A stretch of DNA of 64,000 nucleotides from Saccharolobus solfataricus P2 (GCF_000007005.1 NC_002754.1), one strand, 5' to 3'; positions 22,936-34,562 are shown, counted from the first letter of the stretch. Numbers and translations are program-made. Notes: a model not told the origin generated them from the sequence alone.

Positions 22936-23734
22936 TTCCGTTTAATTTCTTTATAGCATCTAATAATTCGAACTTAACTTTCTCTATTTTCACTTTAATT
23001 TCCTCCTCTTGCTTACCACTTCCCGCTATTTGAATTTCTAGAATAGGATGCGACATCTCATAACTTTTTGGATGCGTTTTTATATAAATATCATACTTTT
23101 TCACGAGTTCCTTAACATATGGTGCTAAGGAAGATTCCATCACGTTCTCAACGTATATGAAATCCTCTAGATATTTCAAGTTAGACCTATTTCTTAGCAT
23201 TTTGTTTATAAAATTCTCTAACACATTCTCCATTTCTCTGGGCACCCCCGGTGTCGCTAATATATCAATGTTATTATGATAAACATATATTCCAGGAGCT
23301 ATTCCCTCATTATTTTCAACAGGTATAGCTCCATAAGGCATATAAGCCATTTTCTTTCTCTCTTCCGTAATAGGAATCTTTCTGGTCATATATTTTTCCA
23401 GAATCATATCAAAGGCTGTCTTATTTAACTCCAAATTAACTCCTAACGCTTTTGCTAAGCCTTCTGCTGTCTTGTCATCCCACGTAGGCCCAAGACCTCC
23501 AGAAGATACGATAACTCTTGGCTTTCTATCTATTGCTTCCCTAAAAGCCGATGCAATCTCATCTACCTCATCCATAACTGCAGTTATTCTTCTCACAGTG
23601 AATCCCAGTGATGTGAGTCTGCGACCGATATGCGAAGCATTCGTATTTACAGTTTTTCCACTTAATACCTCATTACCTATAGTTATGATTTCCGCGAACC
23701 AGTAATCCATAAAAATATTAACTATCGAAACCAA
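22916..23734 (-). CDS. CinA N-terminal / molybdopterin-binding domain protein (likely start ATG 23710)
   Basis: [30 protein letters not shown]. Confidence 0.85.
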   Translation of the reverse strand: MVSIVNIFMDYWFAEIITIGNEVLSGKTVNTNASHIGRRLTSLGFTVRRITAVMDEVDEIASAFREAIDRKPRVIVSSGGLGPTWDDKTAEGLAKALGVNLELNKTAFDMILEKYMTRKIPITEERKKMAYMPYGAIPVENNEGIAPGIYVYHNNIDILATPGVPREMENVLENFINKMLRNRSNLKYLEDFIYVENVMESSLAPYVKELVKKYDIYIKTHPKSYEMSHPILEIQIAGSGKQEEEIKVKIEKVKFELLDAIKKLNGIIRNSL

Positions 23735-23751
23735 TTAAAACTTGAGCCTTT

Positions 23752-24957
23752 ATGTTTGAGAGATTTTTATCCACCGAAACTAAGTATTTACGTACCTCAG
23801 AAATAAGAGATCTACTAAAACTAACGGAAGGTAAGAATGTAATTAGCCTTGCGGGAGGTTTACCTGATCCTCAGACTTTTCCAGTAGAAGAAATTAAAAA
23901 AATAGCAGATGACATCTTATTGAATAGTGCTGATAAGGCATTACAATATACTGCAACTGCTGGTATATCTGAATTTAGAAGAGAATTGGTGAACTTATCT
24001 AGATTAAGGGGAATTAGTGGAATAGATGAAAGAAACGTCTTTGTTACAGTAGGAAGTCAAGAAGCACTTTTCATGATATTTAATATATTACTAGATCCGG
24101 GAGACAATGTAGTAGTCGAGGCGCCAACTTATTTAGCAGCTTTAAATGCCATGAGAACTAGAAAGCCAAATTTCATATCGATAACAGTAACGGAAATGGG
24201 CCCAGATCTAGATGAATTGGAGAGAAAAATAAAAGATGCCCATAGCAATGGGAAGAAGGTTAAACTGATGTATGTGATTCCAACAGCCCAGAATCCGGCG
24301 GGTACTACGATGAATACAGAGGATAGGAAAAGACTTTTAGAGATTGCATCGAAATATGATTTCTTAATTTTTGAGGATGATGCTTATGGGTTCTTAGTAT
24401 TCGAGGGAGAAAGTCCACCACCAATTAAAGCCTTCGATAAAGAAGGAAGAGTAATTTATACTAGCACATTTAGTAAAATACTTGCACCCGGTTTAAGGTT
24501 AGGATGGGTAATTGCTCATGAAGATTTCATAAAGGAAATGGAACTATATAAACAAAATGTTGATTTGCATACACCTTCATTATCACAATATATTGCAATG
24601 GAGGCTATAAGGAGGGGTATAATTCAAAATAATTTACCTAAGATAAGGAGAGTGTATAAGGAAAAAAGAGATGTAATGCTAGAGGCTATTGAAACTTATT
24701 TCCCTAATGATGCCAGATGGACTAAACCAGTTGGTGGAATGTTTGTTTTTGCTTGGTTGCCACAAAAAATAGATACTACTAAGATGTTAGAAAAAGCCTT
24801 ACAAAGGGGTGTAGCTTATGTACCAGGTTCTAGTTTCTATGCTGACTATAGTGGAAAGAATACTATGAGGATCAACTTTAGTTTTCCTAAGAAAGAAGAA
24901 TTAATAGAGGGAATTAAGAGGCTAGGAGATACGATAAAGCATGAGCTCTCTACTTAA
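23752..24957 (+). CDS. PLP-dependent aminotransferase class I/II (LysN/ARO8-like)
   Basis: [33 protein letters not shown]. Confidence 0.9.
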   Translation: MFERFLSTETKYLRTSEIRDLLKLTEGKNVISLAGGLPDPQTFPVEEIKKIADDILLNSADKALQYTATAGISEFRRELVNLSRLRGISGIDERNVFVTVGSQEALFMIFNILLDPGDNVVVEAPTYLAALNAMRTRKPNFISITVTEMGPDLDELERKIKDAHSNGKKVKLMYVIPTAQNPAGTTMNTEDRKRLLEIASKYDFLIFEDDAYGFLVFEGESPPPIKAFDKEGRVIYTSTFSKILAPGLRLGWVIAHEDFIKEMELYKQNVDLHTPSLSQYIAMEAIRRGIIQNNLPKIRRVYKEKRDVMLEAIETYFPNDARWTKPVGGMFVFAWLPQKIDTTKMLEKALQRGVAYVPGSSFYADYSGKNTMRINFSFPKKEELIEGIKRLGDTIKHELST

Positions 24958-25813
24958 AAATCTCTTCAGCGTTTATTACTACACCAGCTTTCGGTGATGG
25001 AAAAGAAACTAAAAGATCATTGGAAAATGATACTAATTCATTAAATAACTTATCATTAATTTTTTTGTCTATAAATTCGAGAACACCATCAACCTCTTTA
25101 GGAGGAATAAAGACTGTTTTAGTAGATGAAACTACCGGCCATGTGTTCATTAGTTTAGGCATTACGATCTTAGTATTTGATTTAGAAATGTCATCTATAA
25201 AAGCTCTAATCCAAGACCTAAAGGTCGTAATTATTATATTGTCCCACTCTTGTGAAAAGTGCCGAATCTCTTCTACCCCTACTATTTTTGGGTTAATCCC
25301 ATCTTCCCTATATACAGCGACTTTACTTACCATATCCTTTAAATAGAGTGCAGAGATTATCCCATAAAGCCCACTACCTATTATTAAGGTATTACCACTG
25401 TGTATATATTTGGGTAGTTGGAGTGCAAAACTTACATATGGATAAAGTATATATTTTTCATTAAAACCATATTGGGGAAGGATTACTATACTGTCTAAGG
25501 GTACAGAAGCTTTTTCTGCAAGAATACCGTCTATTTCGGTTCCAATTCCGCCATATGTCTGTGAATATGGCAAAACGAGAACTAGTTTTCCTTCTAAACT
25601 CTTGTCAATATCTAATCCCACACCTTCAATTCTACCTATTCCAGTTGAACCGAGTATTCTAGTTGGATCCACCCACAATAATCCGACATATATTGAGTTT
25701 TCTAATCCATTTACTAGCACTCTTTTTGGCTTTAATAATACATAATCTCTATTAACTTGTTTTTCTGGCACGTCACTTATTGTAATACCTAAATTGAATA
25801 CTACTGCTTTCAT
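24950..25813 (-). CDS. Divergent medium-chain dehydrogenase-like protein (no Zn ligands seen)
   Basis: MKAVV start, GroES-like N-terminus, IIGSGLYG Rossmann motif. Confidence 0.55.
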   Translation of the reverse strand: MKAVVFNLGITISDVPEKQVNRDYVLLKPKRVLVNGLENSIYVGLLWVDPTRILGSTGIGRIEGVGLDIDKSLEGKLVLVLPYSQTYGGIGTEIDGILAEKASVPLDSIVILPQYGFNEKYILYPYVSFALQLPKYIHSGNTLIIGSGLYGIISALYLKDMVSKVAVYREDGINPKIVGVEEIRHFSQEWDNIIITTFRSWIRAFIDDISKSNTKIVMPKLMNTWPVVSSTKTVFIPPKEVDGVLEFIDKKINDKLFNELVSFSNDLLVSFPSPKAGVVINAEEIFK

Positions 25814-25869
25814 TTGAGGGACATAAACTCCTACTGCTTATTAAATTTTATAATTAAATTCATTCTACA

Positions 25870-26241
25870 ATGGAAAAGGCAATTCATAATCTAGGTAAAG
25901 ATGCTAGACTACATATTATTCATATCCTCTTGCAAAATAGGAGTAAAAAAGAACTTGCTGACGAGCTGGGTATAACTCCTGCAGCAATTACTAAGTACTT
26001 AAAGGGAATTACACATCCAAGTGATGAAATAATTGAAAAATGTATTGAAATTGCCAGTGAAGACGAAGAATATCATGAGATAATCAAAGTGATCGTTAGT
26101 GATATAACAGAGGCCTTGATGGAACTTCTCAGAGAAATAGGCATAGAAAAAATGATTGATAACGAGGATATACAGAAACTTAAAAAACTACTTGATAAAG
26201 CATTTGATAAAATGCTATCAACTTCTCCTAGCTTCGTATAG
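25870..26241 (+). CDS. XRE/Cro-type HTH protein
   Basis: SKKELADELGITPAAITKYLKG..PS. Confidence 0.8.
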   Translation: MEKAIHNLGKDARLHIIHILLQNRSKKELADELGITPAAITKYLKGITHPSDEIIEKCIEIASEDEEYHEIIKVIVSDITEALMELLREIGIEKMIDNEDIQKLKKLLDKAFDKMLSTSPSFV

Positions 26242-26610
26242 CGGACAGACAATGCAAATTTCGGAGAATTTGGAAACAACAACTCTCTTAGTACCATCAT
26301 CGTTTATTACTATTACGTCACTGGGAATCCCAAGCTTACTTTCATCACTTATATTCCAAGCTTGACATACAAAGTTTATTGCATGTTTACAAGTTTTTGA
26401 CTTCCATATGCCTTGAGATTTTGCTATATTGATCCAATTTAAAGTTCTAGTTATATTATCAACTAAGGCATAGAGTTTTTTATGCTCTTCATTGTTATTA
26501 TCTTTCACATTTTTTAGTTCTTCCGTTAATTGCCTTATTTCTTGTTCAAGATCAGAAGTTGAAAGGAGTACAATGTTTGGTTTTAAATTATCCTCTGTAA
26601 CTGAACTCAT
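26218..26610 (-). CDS. Conserved hypothetical protein: coiled coil plus Cys/His cluster
   Basis: CKH...C ... CIVC pattern after a heptad-rich N-terminus. Confidence 0.65.
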   Translation of the reverse strand: MSSVTEDNLKPNIVLLSTSDLEQEIRQLTEELKNVKDNNNEEHKKLYALVDNITRTLNWINIAKSQGIWKSKTCKHAINFVCQAWNISDESKLGIPSDVIVINDDGTKRVVVSKFSEICIVCPLYEARRS

Positions 26611-26677
26611 GATAAACTACTTAATATAGTATACCTTATAAAGAAATGTGCACATAAACTTAGCGAGGTAGTTAGAA

Positions 26678-27373
26678 ATGGTGAAGGAAATCTACAGAGA
26701 GAGGATAAAAGTACTTACTGATATATGGAGTTTACTAATAGAAAGCTGGGAATCATTGAGTCGTGAAGATGTTATTGAAATTATGAAAAATGCCTATGTC
26801 AAGAAAAACATTAAACCGTTTAGAGGGTTTAATGCAGACGGGTTATATGAGAAAGAGCTAGTAAGCTTGTTTGTCGTAGGAAAATATGGACTAGGTCTTT
26901 TCGAAGACAATAAAGAAATATTTGATAAATTACTATCTAAGGAGGAATACTATGATGAGATCTCAAAGCTAATAATTAGTGGAAATGTTAATGAAGCCTT
27001 TGAAGAGTCTGGCAGTAACAAAGAGGTACTGGCTAGAGCATTAAGAACAATATTCACCAAGACAGTGTTTTCTTTTGAATCCGAAGATAAACTATATAAA
27101 TCACTTAAAAATCTAAATATTTCCGACAAAGATGAGATAAAACATACCTCAAGAAGTTTTTCAAGATTCTATACTGCCTTCAAGCTTGCAGAAAGTATAG
27201 CTGAGGGCATTGTTAGGGATAGGTTAACTTATATCGCTACTAAAAAGGCTATAGCAATATCAATAGGTATTGAATATCCTTTACCGAAAGCTGATTACGT
27301 GGCGCTAATAGCTAAAGAGGTATTTAACGTAAATAAGAAGGTATTGAATAAGGTTTTGGGTGTAAAGGTATAA
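26678..27373 (+). CDS. Conserved crenarchaeal protein, DUF2192-like
   Basis: IKPFRG...[18 protein letters not shown] block. Confidence 0.6.
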   Translation: MVKEIYRERIKVLTDIWSLLIESWESLSREDVIEIMKNAYVKKNIKPFRGFNADGLYEKELVSLFVVGKYGLGLFEDNKEIFDKLLSKEEYYDEISKLIISGNVNEAFEESGSNKEVLARALRTIFTKTVFSFESEDKLYKSLKNLNISDKDEIKHTSRSFSRFYTAFKLAESIAEGIVRDRLTYIATKKAIAISIGIEYPLPKADYVALIAKEVFNVNKKVLNKVLGVKV

Positions 27374-27414
27374 GCATAGATATTTTAAACTACTAAATAA
27401 ATTATAATTGAGTT

Positions 27415-28317
27415 ATGCAGAATCTCTCGCCTACGCAAAGGGAAATATTGTTAGCACTTACTGATCTATATAATAGGCAAAAAAGAATGATAAAAAGTAA
27501 GGAAGTAGCTGACATTATAGGAAAAGATGAGGGAACAGTAAGGAACATTATACTAAGCTTAAAAGTATTAGGCCTAGTTGAATCGAAACCCGGACCTAAT
27601 GGAGGTTACATGCCAACACTAAAAGCATATGAAATTATTAATAATCCTACACTAACTCCAATTTTGGATAAACTAAATCTCTATAAAGGGATGATAGAAA
27701 CTGATATAAAAGTAGAAAATATTGAAATAATTGATATTACTAACCCTTCAGCGAATAGGGTTCTCTTAAAGGTAGAGGGAGATCTAAGGAAATTAAAGAT
27801 AGGAGATGCTGTACGGTTAGGTCCTACACCCTATAGTAGGCTGGTTATAGAAGGATTGATATTACACTTAGATGAAAATAGTAAAGAAATCGTAGTAGAC
27901 GTGAAAAGAATGATAAGTATCCCTAAGGAAAAAGTCAAAAATCTTATCTCTAAGAAACTCATAGCGTTAAAACCAGAAACTAGCTTAAGAGAAGCCTCCA
28001 TGATATTCTATAAGGAAGCAATAAGAGGTGCGCCTGTTATCAACCAAGACGAAAAAGTTGTAGGGATTCTTACTACTGCAGATATAATTAAAGCCTTCTT
28101 TGAAGGAAACTATACAGCTAAAGTATCAGACTATATGAAGACCAATGTAATCAGTATAAATGAAAATGAAGACTTGCTAGATGCAATTAGGAAAATGATA
28201 ATTTATAATGTCGGTAGATTGTTGGTACTTGATAGTAATAATAAAGCTGTTGGTATTGTAACCAGAACCGATATTTTAAGATCAATTGCTGGTCTAGAAG
28301 GTTTGTGGACAACTTGA
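27415..28317 (+). CDS. wHTH plus tandem CBS domain regulator
   Basis: N-terminal wHTH (GTVRNII..LK.LGLVES.PGPNGGY); two CBS repeats. Confidence 0.85.
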   Translation: MQNLSPTQREILLALTDLYNRQKRMIKSKEVADIIGKDEGTVRNIILSLKVLGLVESKPGPNGGYMPTLKAYEIINNPTLTPILDKLNLYKGMIETDIKVENIEIIDITNPSANRVLLKVEGDLRKLKIGDAVRLGPTPYSRLVIEGLILHLDENSKEIVVDVKRMISIPKEKVKNLISKKLIALKPETSLREASMIFYKEAIRGAPVINQDEKVVGILTTADIIKAFFEGNYTAKVSDYMKTNVISINENEDLLDAIRKMIIYNVGRLLVLDSNNKAVGIVTRTDILRSIAGLEGLWTT

Positions 28318-28655
28318 AAGAGAAATGTGGAATTATTTGTAATAACACTTTCTATGAGTTAAAAAATATAAGTCGTACAGAATACGAATTTATTTGCGAT
28401 CCGTCTGATTTTTACACTACAGTAAAAGGCAAATGTAGTGATGATATACAAGCAATAGTGCACACCCACGAAGAAAGTTGCGAACCCAGTTACAAAGATA
28501 TTATGTCAATGAAAATATGGAACATTCCTTGGATTATTATATCTAAAAAGTGTATAAAAAGTATACTATATTTAAACGGAAGTATACTCGAGCTCGATAT
28601 TCACTCCCTTCTGTCTCAAGAACTCTACCACTCTCTCATGAAGCTTCTTCAGTAG
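28305..28655 (+). CDS. Small MPN/JAB-domain protein
   Basis: HTH-x6-S-x2-D JAMM-like motif preceded by a Glu; PWIII strand. Confidence 0.6.
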   Translation: MDNLKEKCGIICNNTFYELKNISRTEYEFICDPSDFYTTVKGKCSDDIQAIVHTHEESCEPSYKDIMSMKIWNIPWIIISKKCIKSILYLNGSILELDIHSLLSQELYHSLMKLLQ

Positions 28656-31199
28656 TTCCCTTCTATCTTCTGCTAGTACTACATCTGAATGCCCTTTAAG
28701 AATTATACTATGGGAAAACGGACTGGGAATATTTGTGGGCCCAAACACATCAACTTTTATTTCTTGACTAGCAATTTTTTTCAGAATCTCCTTAGCTCTT
28801 AGTATATCCATATGGTCTTCTAAAATCTCTCTAATAGTCTCCTTCATTACTGGGAAATTTCCAATTTCTCTTATAGCCTTTAACAGTATCTCCGAATTTA
28901 ATTCTCTCCTCTCTAGATTGGTCTCTCTTCCTTTATATCTGCGTAATATCATAAACGACCTCTCTGCGCAGTGTCTAAATCTTCTCTTTAGCATTTCTGT
29001 CCTCATAACAGCCCTTGTAACAATATCATAGACATTATCTGGGGTAATCTTTTCAAACAGACTCTTGATGTTATAATCAAATGGAACGTCTCGTTTTACA
29101 CTAAGTGCAAATCCATTGTCAGTAACAGAAACTCTAACATCTGTATCTAATTCCTCACTAACTACGTATGCAAAAGCCCTAGAAAGAGCATCCAACGCTC
29201 TTCTTCCGTACAATGCGTGGAATATATAATTTCTAATTCCTTCTTCATCATCGTAAATTTCTATTAAAATTAGATTGTCAGAAGGAACTTTTCCGTTTGT
29301 GAAAAGGTATTGCTCTAAAATATAGGTGTATATTGACATGGAAGCGTGTTTGTCAATTTCATATTCCTTAGAGATGCTTTCTATTATCTCGTTATGTGTT
29401 ACTCCTTTCTTAATCATCTCTGCTATCTCTCTTCTAAACTTGCCAATCTCTAGAGCTGACTCGTAGGCCAATGGTAACATTTCTGAAAACCAGCTTGGAA
29501 CCGTTGGCCTTTGACCCATAGCCTCCTTTACAATTACTTTCGAACCCTTGCTTCCAATAAATTCATAAGTTCTCCCACTTAATACGAAGATATCTCCAGG
29601 TGATAATATTTCAACGAATTCCTCTTCTAGATTACCAACATATCTATTGTTTTCTGTAACTACACTTATCATAGCCTCATCCGGAATTGTACCACTATTC
29701 GTATAAAATATTAATCTACTACCTTTCTTGGGATAAATTATCTTTTCTTCTTTTATTCTTATTTTTGCGTAGACATTCTTTAACTCGACTCCAAAGAAAT
29801 CCCCACTAAGATATCTTAATACTAAAGAATAGTCAGATTCGCTAAGATCTGAAAAATTATAAGATCGCCTTAAAATTTTAAACAAATCATCCCTATCTAT
29901 GGGAGAAATTAAACTAGCAGATACTATTATCTGTGATAAGACGTCTAAGGGGTTTTTAGGAATGTGGATACTATCGATCTTCCTATCTCTAGCTAACTTA
30001 GCTAACACTGAACACTCAACTAAATCATCTCTGTCAACAACAATCACTCTCCCTTTGCTAATGCTTCTTATATGATGACCCGCCCTCCCTATCCTTTGTA
30101 ATAACCTACTTACACTCTTAGGACTACTTAGTAGGATAACTAGGTCAATGTAACCTATATCTATCCCTAATTCTAGACTAGTTGACGATACAACAACTTT
30201 TAAAATTCCCTTTTTAAGCTTCTCTTCCACATCTAATCTCACATCTCTGCTAAGACTGCTATGATGAGCTTCTATCGCATCTACATCAAAGACCTTTTCA
30301 TTTTCAGCTAACTTTCTTAACTTATATGCAACTCTCTCTGTAGCGTGTCTAGTATTTGTAAAAATAAGAGTAGTCCTATGTTTCTTTACTTCGTTCAAGA
30401 TGGTCTTATATATTCCCTTGTCTACCTCACTTTCAGAAGAGTGAACTAAATCTTTAACAGGGGAAATTACTTTAATATCAACAGGCTTTACAAATCTAGC
30501 ATCGACTATCCTATATTCACGATCTTTGCCCACGAGAAATTGCGCCACTTCTTCGAGAGGCGATACAGTTGCACTTAAGCCTATTCTCACAAATTCTTTC
30601 TTAGTAATTAGATTTCTAAATAGTTCTAACATAGCGGAAAGATAAGCTCCCCTTTTACTGTTAGCTAGTTCATGAATTTCATCAACTATAATCCATTTCA
30701 CATCGGTTAATTTCTGACTAAACTTAGGTGAAGTTATAGATATTCCAAAAGACTCTGGCGTTGTTATTAAAATATGAGGCGGTTTCTTTAGCATTTTCTG
30801 CTTTTCATAGGGTGTGGTATCGCTAGTTCTTATTCCAACTCTAACATCTGGTAATTTTGAGTTTACTTGCCTTAACTCATTAAGAGGTTCTAATAGGTTT
30901 CTTTGCATGTCGTTATTTAACGCCCTTAACGGAGAAATGTAAATCGCATAAACCTTATCTTCTAACTCATTGTTATCACCTAACTCAAATAACGAATCTA
31001 AAATTCCTAGAAATGCAGCTAAAGTTTTTCCACTTCCTGTAGGACTCGATACTAATACGTTGTAGTTCTGCTTTATTAACGGTATAGCTGCCCTTTGAGG
31101 AGGAGTAAACGTGGTATATTTCTGCCTAAACCATTTGGCTACATATGGTCTGAGTAAATTGTATATTTCTTCATCAGAGTAGAAGTAAGTATTGCTCAA
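28572..31199 (-). CDS. lhr: Lhr-family SF2 ATP-dependent helicase
   Basis: PTGSGKT, DEIH, SAT, LELGID, QRIGRAGH; Lhr C-terminal P+PSW and PSPF blocks. Confidence 0.92.
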   Translation of the reverse strand: MSNTYFYSDEEIYNLLRPYVAKWFRQKYTTFTPPQRAAIPLIKQNYNVLVSSPTGSGKTLAAFLGILDSLFELGDNNELEDKVYAIYISPLRALNNDMQRNLLEPLNELRQVNSKLPDVRVGIRTSDTTPYEKQKMLKKPPHILITTPESFGISITSPKFSQKLTDVKWIIVDEIHELANSKRGAYLSAMLELFRNLITKKEFVRIGLSATVSPLEEVAQFLVGKDREYRIVDARFVKPVDIKVISPVKDLVHSSESEVDKGIYKTILNEVKKHRTTLIFTNTRHATERVAYKLRKLAENEKVFDVDAIEAHHSSLSRDVRLDVEEKLKKGILKVVVSSTSLELGIDIGYIDLVILLSSPKSVSRLLQRIGRAGHHIRSISKGRVIVVDRDDLVECSVLAKLARDRKIDSIHIPKNPLDVLSQIIVSASLISPIDRDDLFKILRRSYNFSDLSESDYSLVLRYLSGDFFGVELKNVYAKIRIKEEKIIYPKKGSRLIFYTNSGTIPDEAMISVVTENNRYVGNLEEEFVEILSPGDIFVLSGRTYEFIGSKGSKVIVKEAMGQRPTVPSWFSEMLPLAYESALEIGKFRREIAEMIKKGVTHNEIIESISKEYEIDKHASMSIYTYILEQYLFTNGKVPSDNLILIEIYDDEEGIRNYIFHALYGRRALDALSRAFAYVVSEELDTDVRVSVTDNGFALSVKRDVPFDYNIKSLFEKITPDNVYDIVTRAVMRTEMLKRRFRHCAERSFMILRRYKGRETNLERRELNSEILLKAIREIGNFPVMKETIREILEDHMDILRAKEILKKIASQEIKVDVFGPTNIPSPFSHSIILKGHSDVVLAEDRRELLKKLHERVVEFLRQKGVNIELEYTSV

Positions 31200-31240
31200 T
31201 CTATAGACTCTTTGAGACTATAATTTAAAAAATATATCTT

Positions 31241-32617
31241 TCATAATCCTTTAATATATGCTATAAAGGTGTAGAGGAAAGCTATCGAATAGTAAGCTAG
31301 CCAAATAAAGGTTAGGAAGTCGCCTCTAAACATATAAAGGAAAGCTGATAGAATGAAAAATACACCAAAGGCTAAGATTGGATAGCCTATATTACTTTTA
31401 GCCTTCTTGCCTTTAGGAGTAACAATATACGTTCTAGTCTTCTTAAATGCGTTAATTGTACCAATAAGCAAAAATGGCGAAATTCCAACAGTATATGCAG
31501 ACAACCTTCCCAAGGCTTTTATAGCTGTCACAGTATCTATCCCTGACTTCTTTGCGCTATTGACAAAAATTGAAGCATAGATTGATAGTGTTATGGCCCA
31601 TATAATAAACATTGGCAAATTCATACTAAGCCTTATACCTACAAAACCAGCTATTGCAAAAATAATTGCACTTATAAATGTTAGTATAATTGGAATGTAT
31701 TGAGAAAGATAAGCTATAATCTCTAATTTTTGCCAAAGTTTTATATCGCTGCTAATAATATATTTAAATCTCCAGTAAAGAACTTCCATCGTCCCCATTG
31801 CCCATCTAGTTTGCTGCACATAAAACGCTATTAAATTGTCTGGAACTTCAACATAAACAGGGGAGGAAGATGCGCAAACCTTAAATCCTTTATTTATAAG
31901 TCTAGCTCCCAGCTCATAATCATCCTGAATCATTTTGTAATCCCATCCGTTTACCGCCTCCAATGCACTACGCTTATAGATCGTCCCACATCCTATTGGC
32001 AATACTTTTAGTCCTAATTTATCTCTTCCTCTTAATATAGATTTACTAGTAAGTACTGTTGATACCATTAACGCTTTTGCTAAAGACGTGCTAATATTAG
32101 AATAGCCATGCCATTCCATAGTGATTGCATCACAGCCTAAATTCACCATGTGATTGTAAGCTTTTATTAACGAATCTTTTTCAATCCTGGCATCTACATC
32201 TAATGTTAAAATTAAATCACCAGTGCTTTTCTGTAGACCAAACGCTAAGGCACCACTTTTATATCCAAGCTTCTTTTCTCTTCTAAATATTCTTACATCT
32301 AAGTCTGGAGGAATAATTAATGTCGATAATAATTTATCAAAATATTCTTGCTCGTCATCTGATACAATTATTATTTCTAATTTGTTTCTATCCCATATTG
32401 CTTCATGTATATTATCAATTAATCCTTGGATTACTTCTATTCGTTCACCCTTTGTTGGTACTATAATTGATAATTTAGGTAGATTACTCTCGTTATTAAG
32501 TAAAATCAAATTCGCTATATCACCACTCTTACCGAATATATATAAAATGATCTGATTCCAAACTGCCAGAGAAGGTATTATAAATATTGCCAAGTTAAGT
32601 AATATATTAAGTATCAT
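31241..32617 (-). CDS. Membrane GT2 glycosyltransferase, processive type
   Basis: YKSGAL, LDVD, QDD, QQTRW (QxxRW); multiple TM helices. Confidence 0.88.
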   Translation of the reverse strand: MILNILLNLAIFIIPSLAVWNQIILYIFGKSGDIANLILLNNESNLPKLSIIVPTKGERIEVIQGLIDNIHEAIWDRNKLEIIIVSDDEQEYFDKLLSTLIIPPDLDVRIFRREKKLGYKSGALAFGLQKSTGDLILTLDVDARIEKDSLIKAYNHMVNLGCDAITMEWHGYSNISTSLAKALMVSTVLTSKSILRGRDKLGLKVLPIGCGTIYKRSALEAVNGWDYKMIQDDYELGARLINKGFKVCASSSPVYVEVPDNLIAFYVQQTRWAMGTMEVLYWRFKYIISSDIKLWQKLEIIAYLSQYIPIILTFISAIIFAIAGFVGIRLSMNLPMFIIWAITLSIYASIFVNSAKKSGIDTVTAIKALGRLSAYTVGISPFLLIGTINAFKKTRTYIVTPKGKKAKSNIGYPILAFGVFFILSAFLYMFRGDFLTFIWLAYYSIAFLYTFIAYIKGL

Positions 32618-33191
32618 CTATTGATATTGCCTTTTGGGGAATAATAAATTCATATACGTGTCTTGTAGTCTTAGGGGGAAATCTTAAACCCCTATTGGCA
32701 ATACTTATAACGTCTTCTTTATATATTGAAGGCGGTTCTAAATGGCCAACAATGTCTTTTTCCACATTTATACCTATCGAATGCAGAAAACTTTCTACCT
32801 TTTCTAGTTTCCAATAGAGTCTGTATAAATCATCATCACAAATGCGGATAGAGTCGAATTTGGCACATATTTTACCATTAGAGTAAATTGCTGATAATAC
32901 GCTCTTTACAATATAGGGCTTTGAAAATCTCCTATACCATACATTAACACTAATAGAAGTAGAGTTATAGTTTACGTAAATCACCGGTATTTTTGGTAAT
33001 GAAAGACGTAAAGCTGCAGTGAATCTATGATGACCATCTAAGATGACATGTGTGTTTTCATCTACTATTATTGGTTTTATAGCCCTTATTTTCTGAACTT
33101 CAAAAGAGATATTGACAACTTTATCTATTAATATATCCTCATGAGGTATTAGATCTCCAAGCTTCTCCATCTCTATGCGAATAGTACTCAC
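32607..33191 (-). CDS. ParB/Srx-fold protein, SerK-like kinase candidate
   Basis: IPHED, ILDGHHR, V.VWY..F, FPPKTTRHV. Confidence 0.75.
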   Translation of the reverse strand: MSTIRIEMEKLGDLIPHEDILIDKVVNISFEVQKIRAIKPIIVDENTHVILDGHHRFTAALRLSLPKIPVIYVNYNSTSISVNVWYRRFSKPYIVKSVLSAIYSNGKICAKFDSIRICDDDLYRLYWKLEKVESFLHSIGINVEKDIVGHLEPPSIYKEDVISIANRGLRFPPKTTRHVYEFIIPQKAISIDDT

Positions 33192-33849
33192 AACATTCTT
33201 TAATTATACAAGAATTACATAAAGGTTTCCTAGCCTTACAAGTTTGTCTACCATGTGCAATTAACATGTGATGAAGATGGAGGAGATCATAGGCTGAAAA
33301 AAGTTCTTTTAAAGTAGATGAAATTAAACTATATTTAGCGTTAGTGGGGACTATCCCTAACCTTTTGCTGACTCTAGTTATGTGCGTATCAACCGGAAAG
33401 ACCTTATATCCATAATATCCATAACAAGTCAATAGCACTACATCCGCAGTCTTCTCTCCAATTCCCTCAAGTTTTAATAATTCATCTCTCGCATTGCTAG
33501 TATTTAACAAACTATCTATTAATCCATTATACCTCTCAAGAATTATCCTTGAAATTTCCTTTAATCTTTTAGCCTTAGTTCTATAAAGACCGGAAATCTT
33601 TAACGCGCTTTCTATGTCAGCCAAATTGGCGTTAGATAATTTCTCTGGAGTAACACCAACTTTTCTTTCTAACTCTAGATAGGCTTTAATGGCTGATTTA
33701 TCTGTAGAATTTTGAGATAAAATAGTTGCTACAAGTACTTTAAAACAATCTTTGGTCTTAAGCCAGACATAATACGCAATAAAATCCTCCTCTTTTATAA
33801 TATAGGTAGCAGAAAGTTTATGGAAAATCGTTTCAGCAGTGCACTTCAT
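33139..33849 (-). CDS. nth: Endonuclease III (HhH-GPD, 4Fe-4S)
   Basis: ILSQNSTD, LEGIGEKTADV, PVDTH, CKARKPLCNSCIIKECC. Confidence 0.93.
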   Translation of the reverse strand: MKCTAETIFHKLSATYIIKEEDFIAYYVWLKTKDCFKVLVATILSQNSTDKSAIKAYLELERKVGVTPEKLSNANLADIESALKISGLYRTKAKRLKEISRIILERYNGLIDSLLNTSNARDELLKLEGIGEKTADVVLLTCYGYYGYKVFPVDTHITRVSKRLGIVPTNAKYSLISSTLKELFSAYDLLHLHHMLIAHGRQTCKARKPLCNSCIIKECCEYYSHRDGEAWRSNTS

Positions 33850-33901
33850 GAATTTGATTAGGCACTTTGGCTTATAAGGAATTCTTAAACTAACTTACTA
33901 T

Positions 33902-34168
33902 TTGATGTACGAAATAGAGATGGTCCTTAACGCAATAAAGGAAGGTGCTGTTAATCCGGGGGATGCCGTAATCAAAACTGGGTTACCTAGATATGAAGTT
34001 CTGGCATTGTTCCACATTTTAGAGGAACTAGGCCTAATAGAACCTATATACTCTAAGGGATCACACAAGGCATTTCGTCTTACTAAAAAAGGAGAGGAAA
34101 TACTCGAAGGATTGAAAAAAGGATATGAGTTGTACATATTCGTAAAACCTAATCCGGTCCAGAGTTGA
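33902..34168 (+). CDS. Small winged-helix protein
   Basis: LPRYEVLALFHILEELGLIE...FRLTKKGEE wHTH signature. Confidence 0.7.
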   Translation: MMYEIEMVLNAIKEGAVNPGDAVIKTGLPRYEVLALFHILEELGLIEPIYSKGSHKAFRLTKKGEEILEGLKKGYELYIFVKPNPVQS

Positions 34169-34562
34169 AATAATAGTAGTTTCCATTAATCTGTAGAATG
34201 ATTACAGAGTTTCCCTCAATGAATATATTATTATTTATTATTGAGCTTAGGGGAACTAAGCTATCAGGTAGCATTTCATATTTCACATTGTACGAAATAT
34301 TATTAATTATAACCTTTTCTATTGTAATTGGAACACTTCCATAATTATACACGAATGTCTCATTTACCGAATTTCCTAAATATATCAGGCTAACCTTAAC
34401 GTTAACGTTGGTTAGATAATTATCGTATGCGCTATTTGCTTGGATAGAACTATTTGTATAAGTTTGCGTAAAAAATAAATATAATGGAACGATGAGTGAG
34501 AGTGTTATCATAACAACAATTAGTGTAGAAAAAATAGATGAAATAGCTTTCAACCACATCAC
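34149..34562 (-). CDS. upsB: Type IV pilin UpsB
   Basis: Class III signal peptide LKA|ISSIFSTLIVVMI; last gene of the ups-like operon. Confidence 0.82.
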   Translation of the reverse strand: MMWLKAISSIFSTLIVVMITLSLIVPLYLFFTQTYTNSSIQANSAYDNYLTNVNVKVSLIYLGNSVNETFVYNYGSVPITIEKVIINNISYNVKYEMLPDSLVPLSSIINNNIFIEGNSVIILQINGNYYYFNSGPD

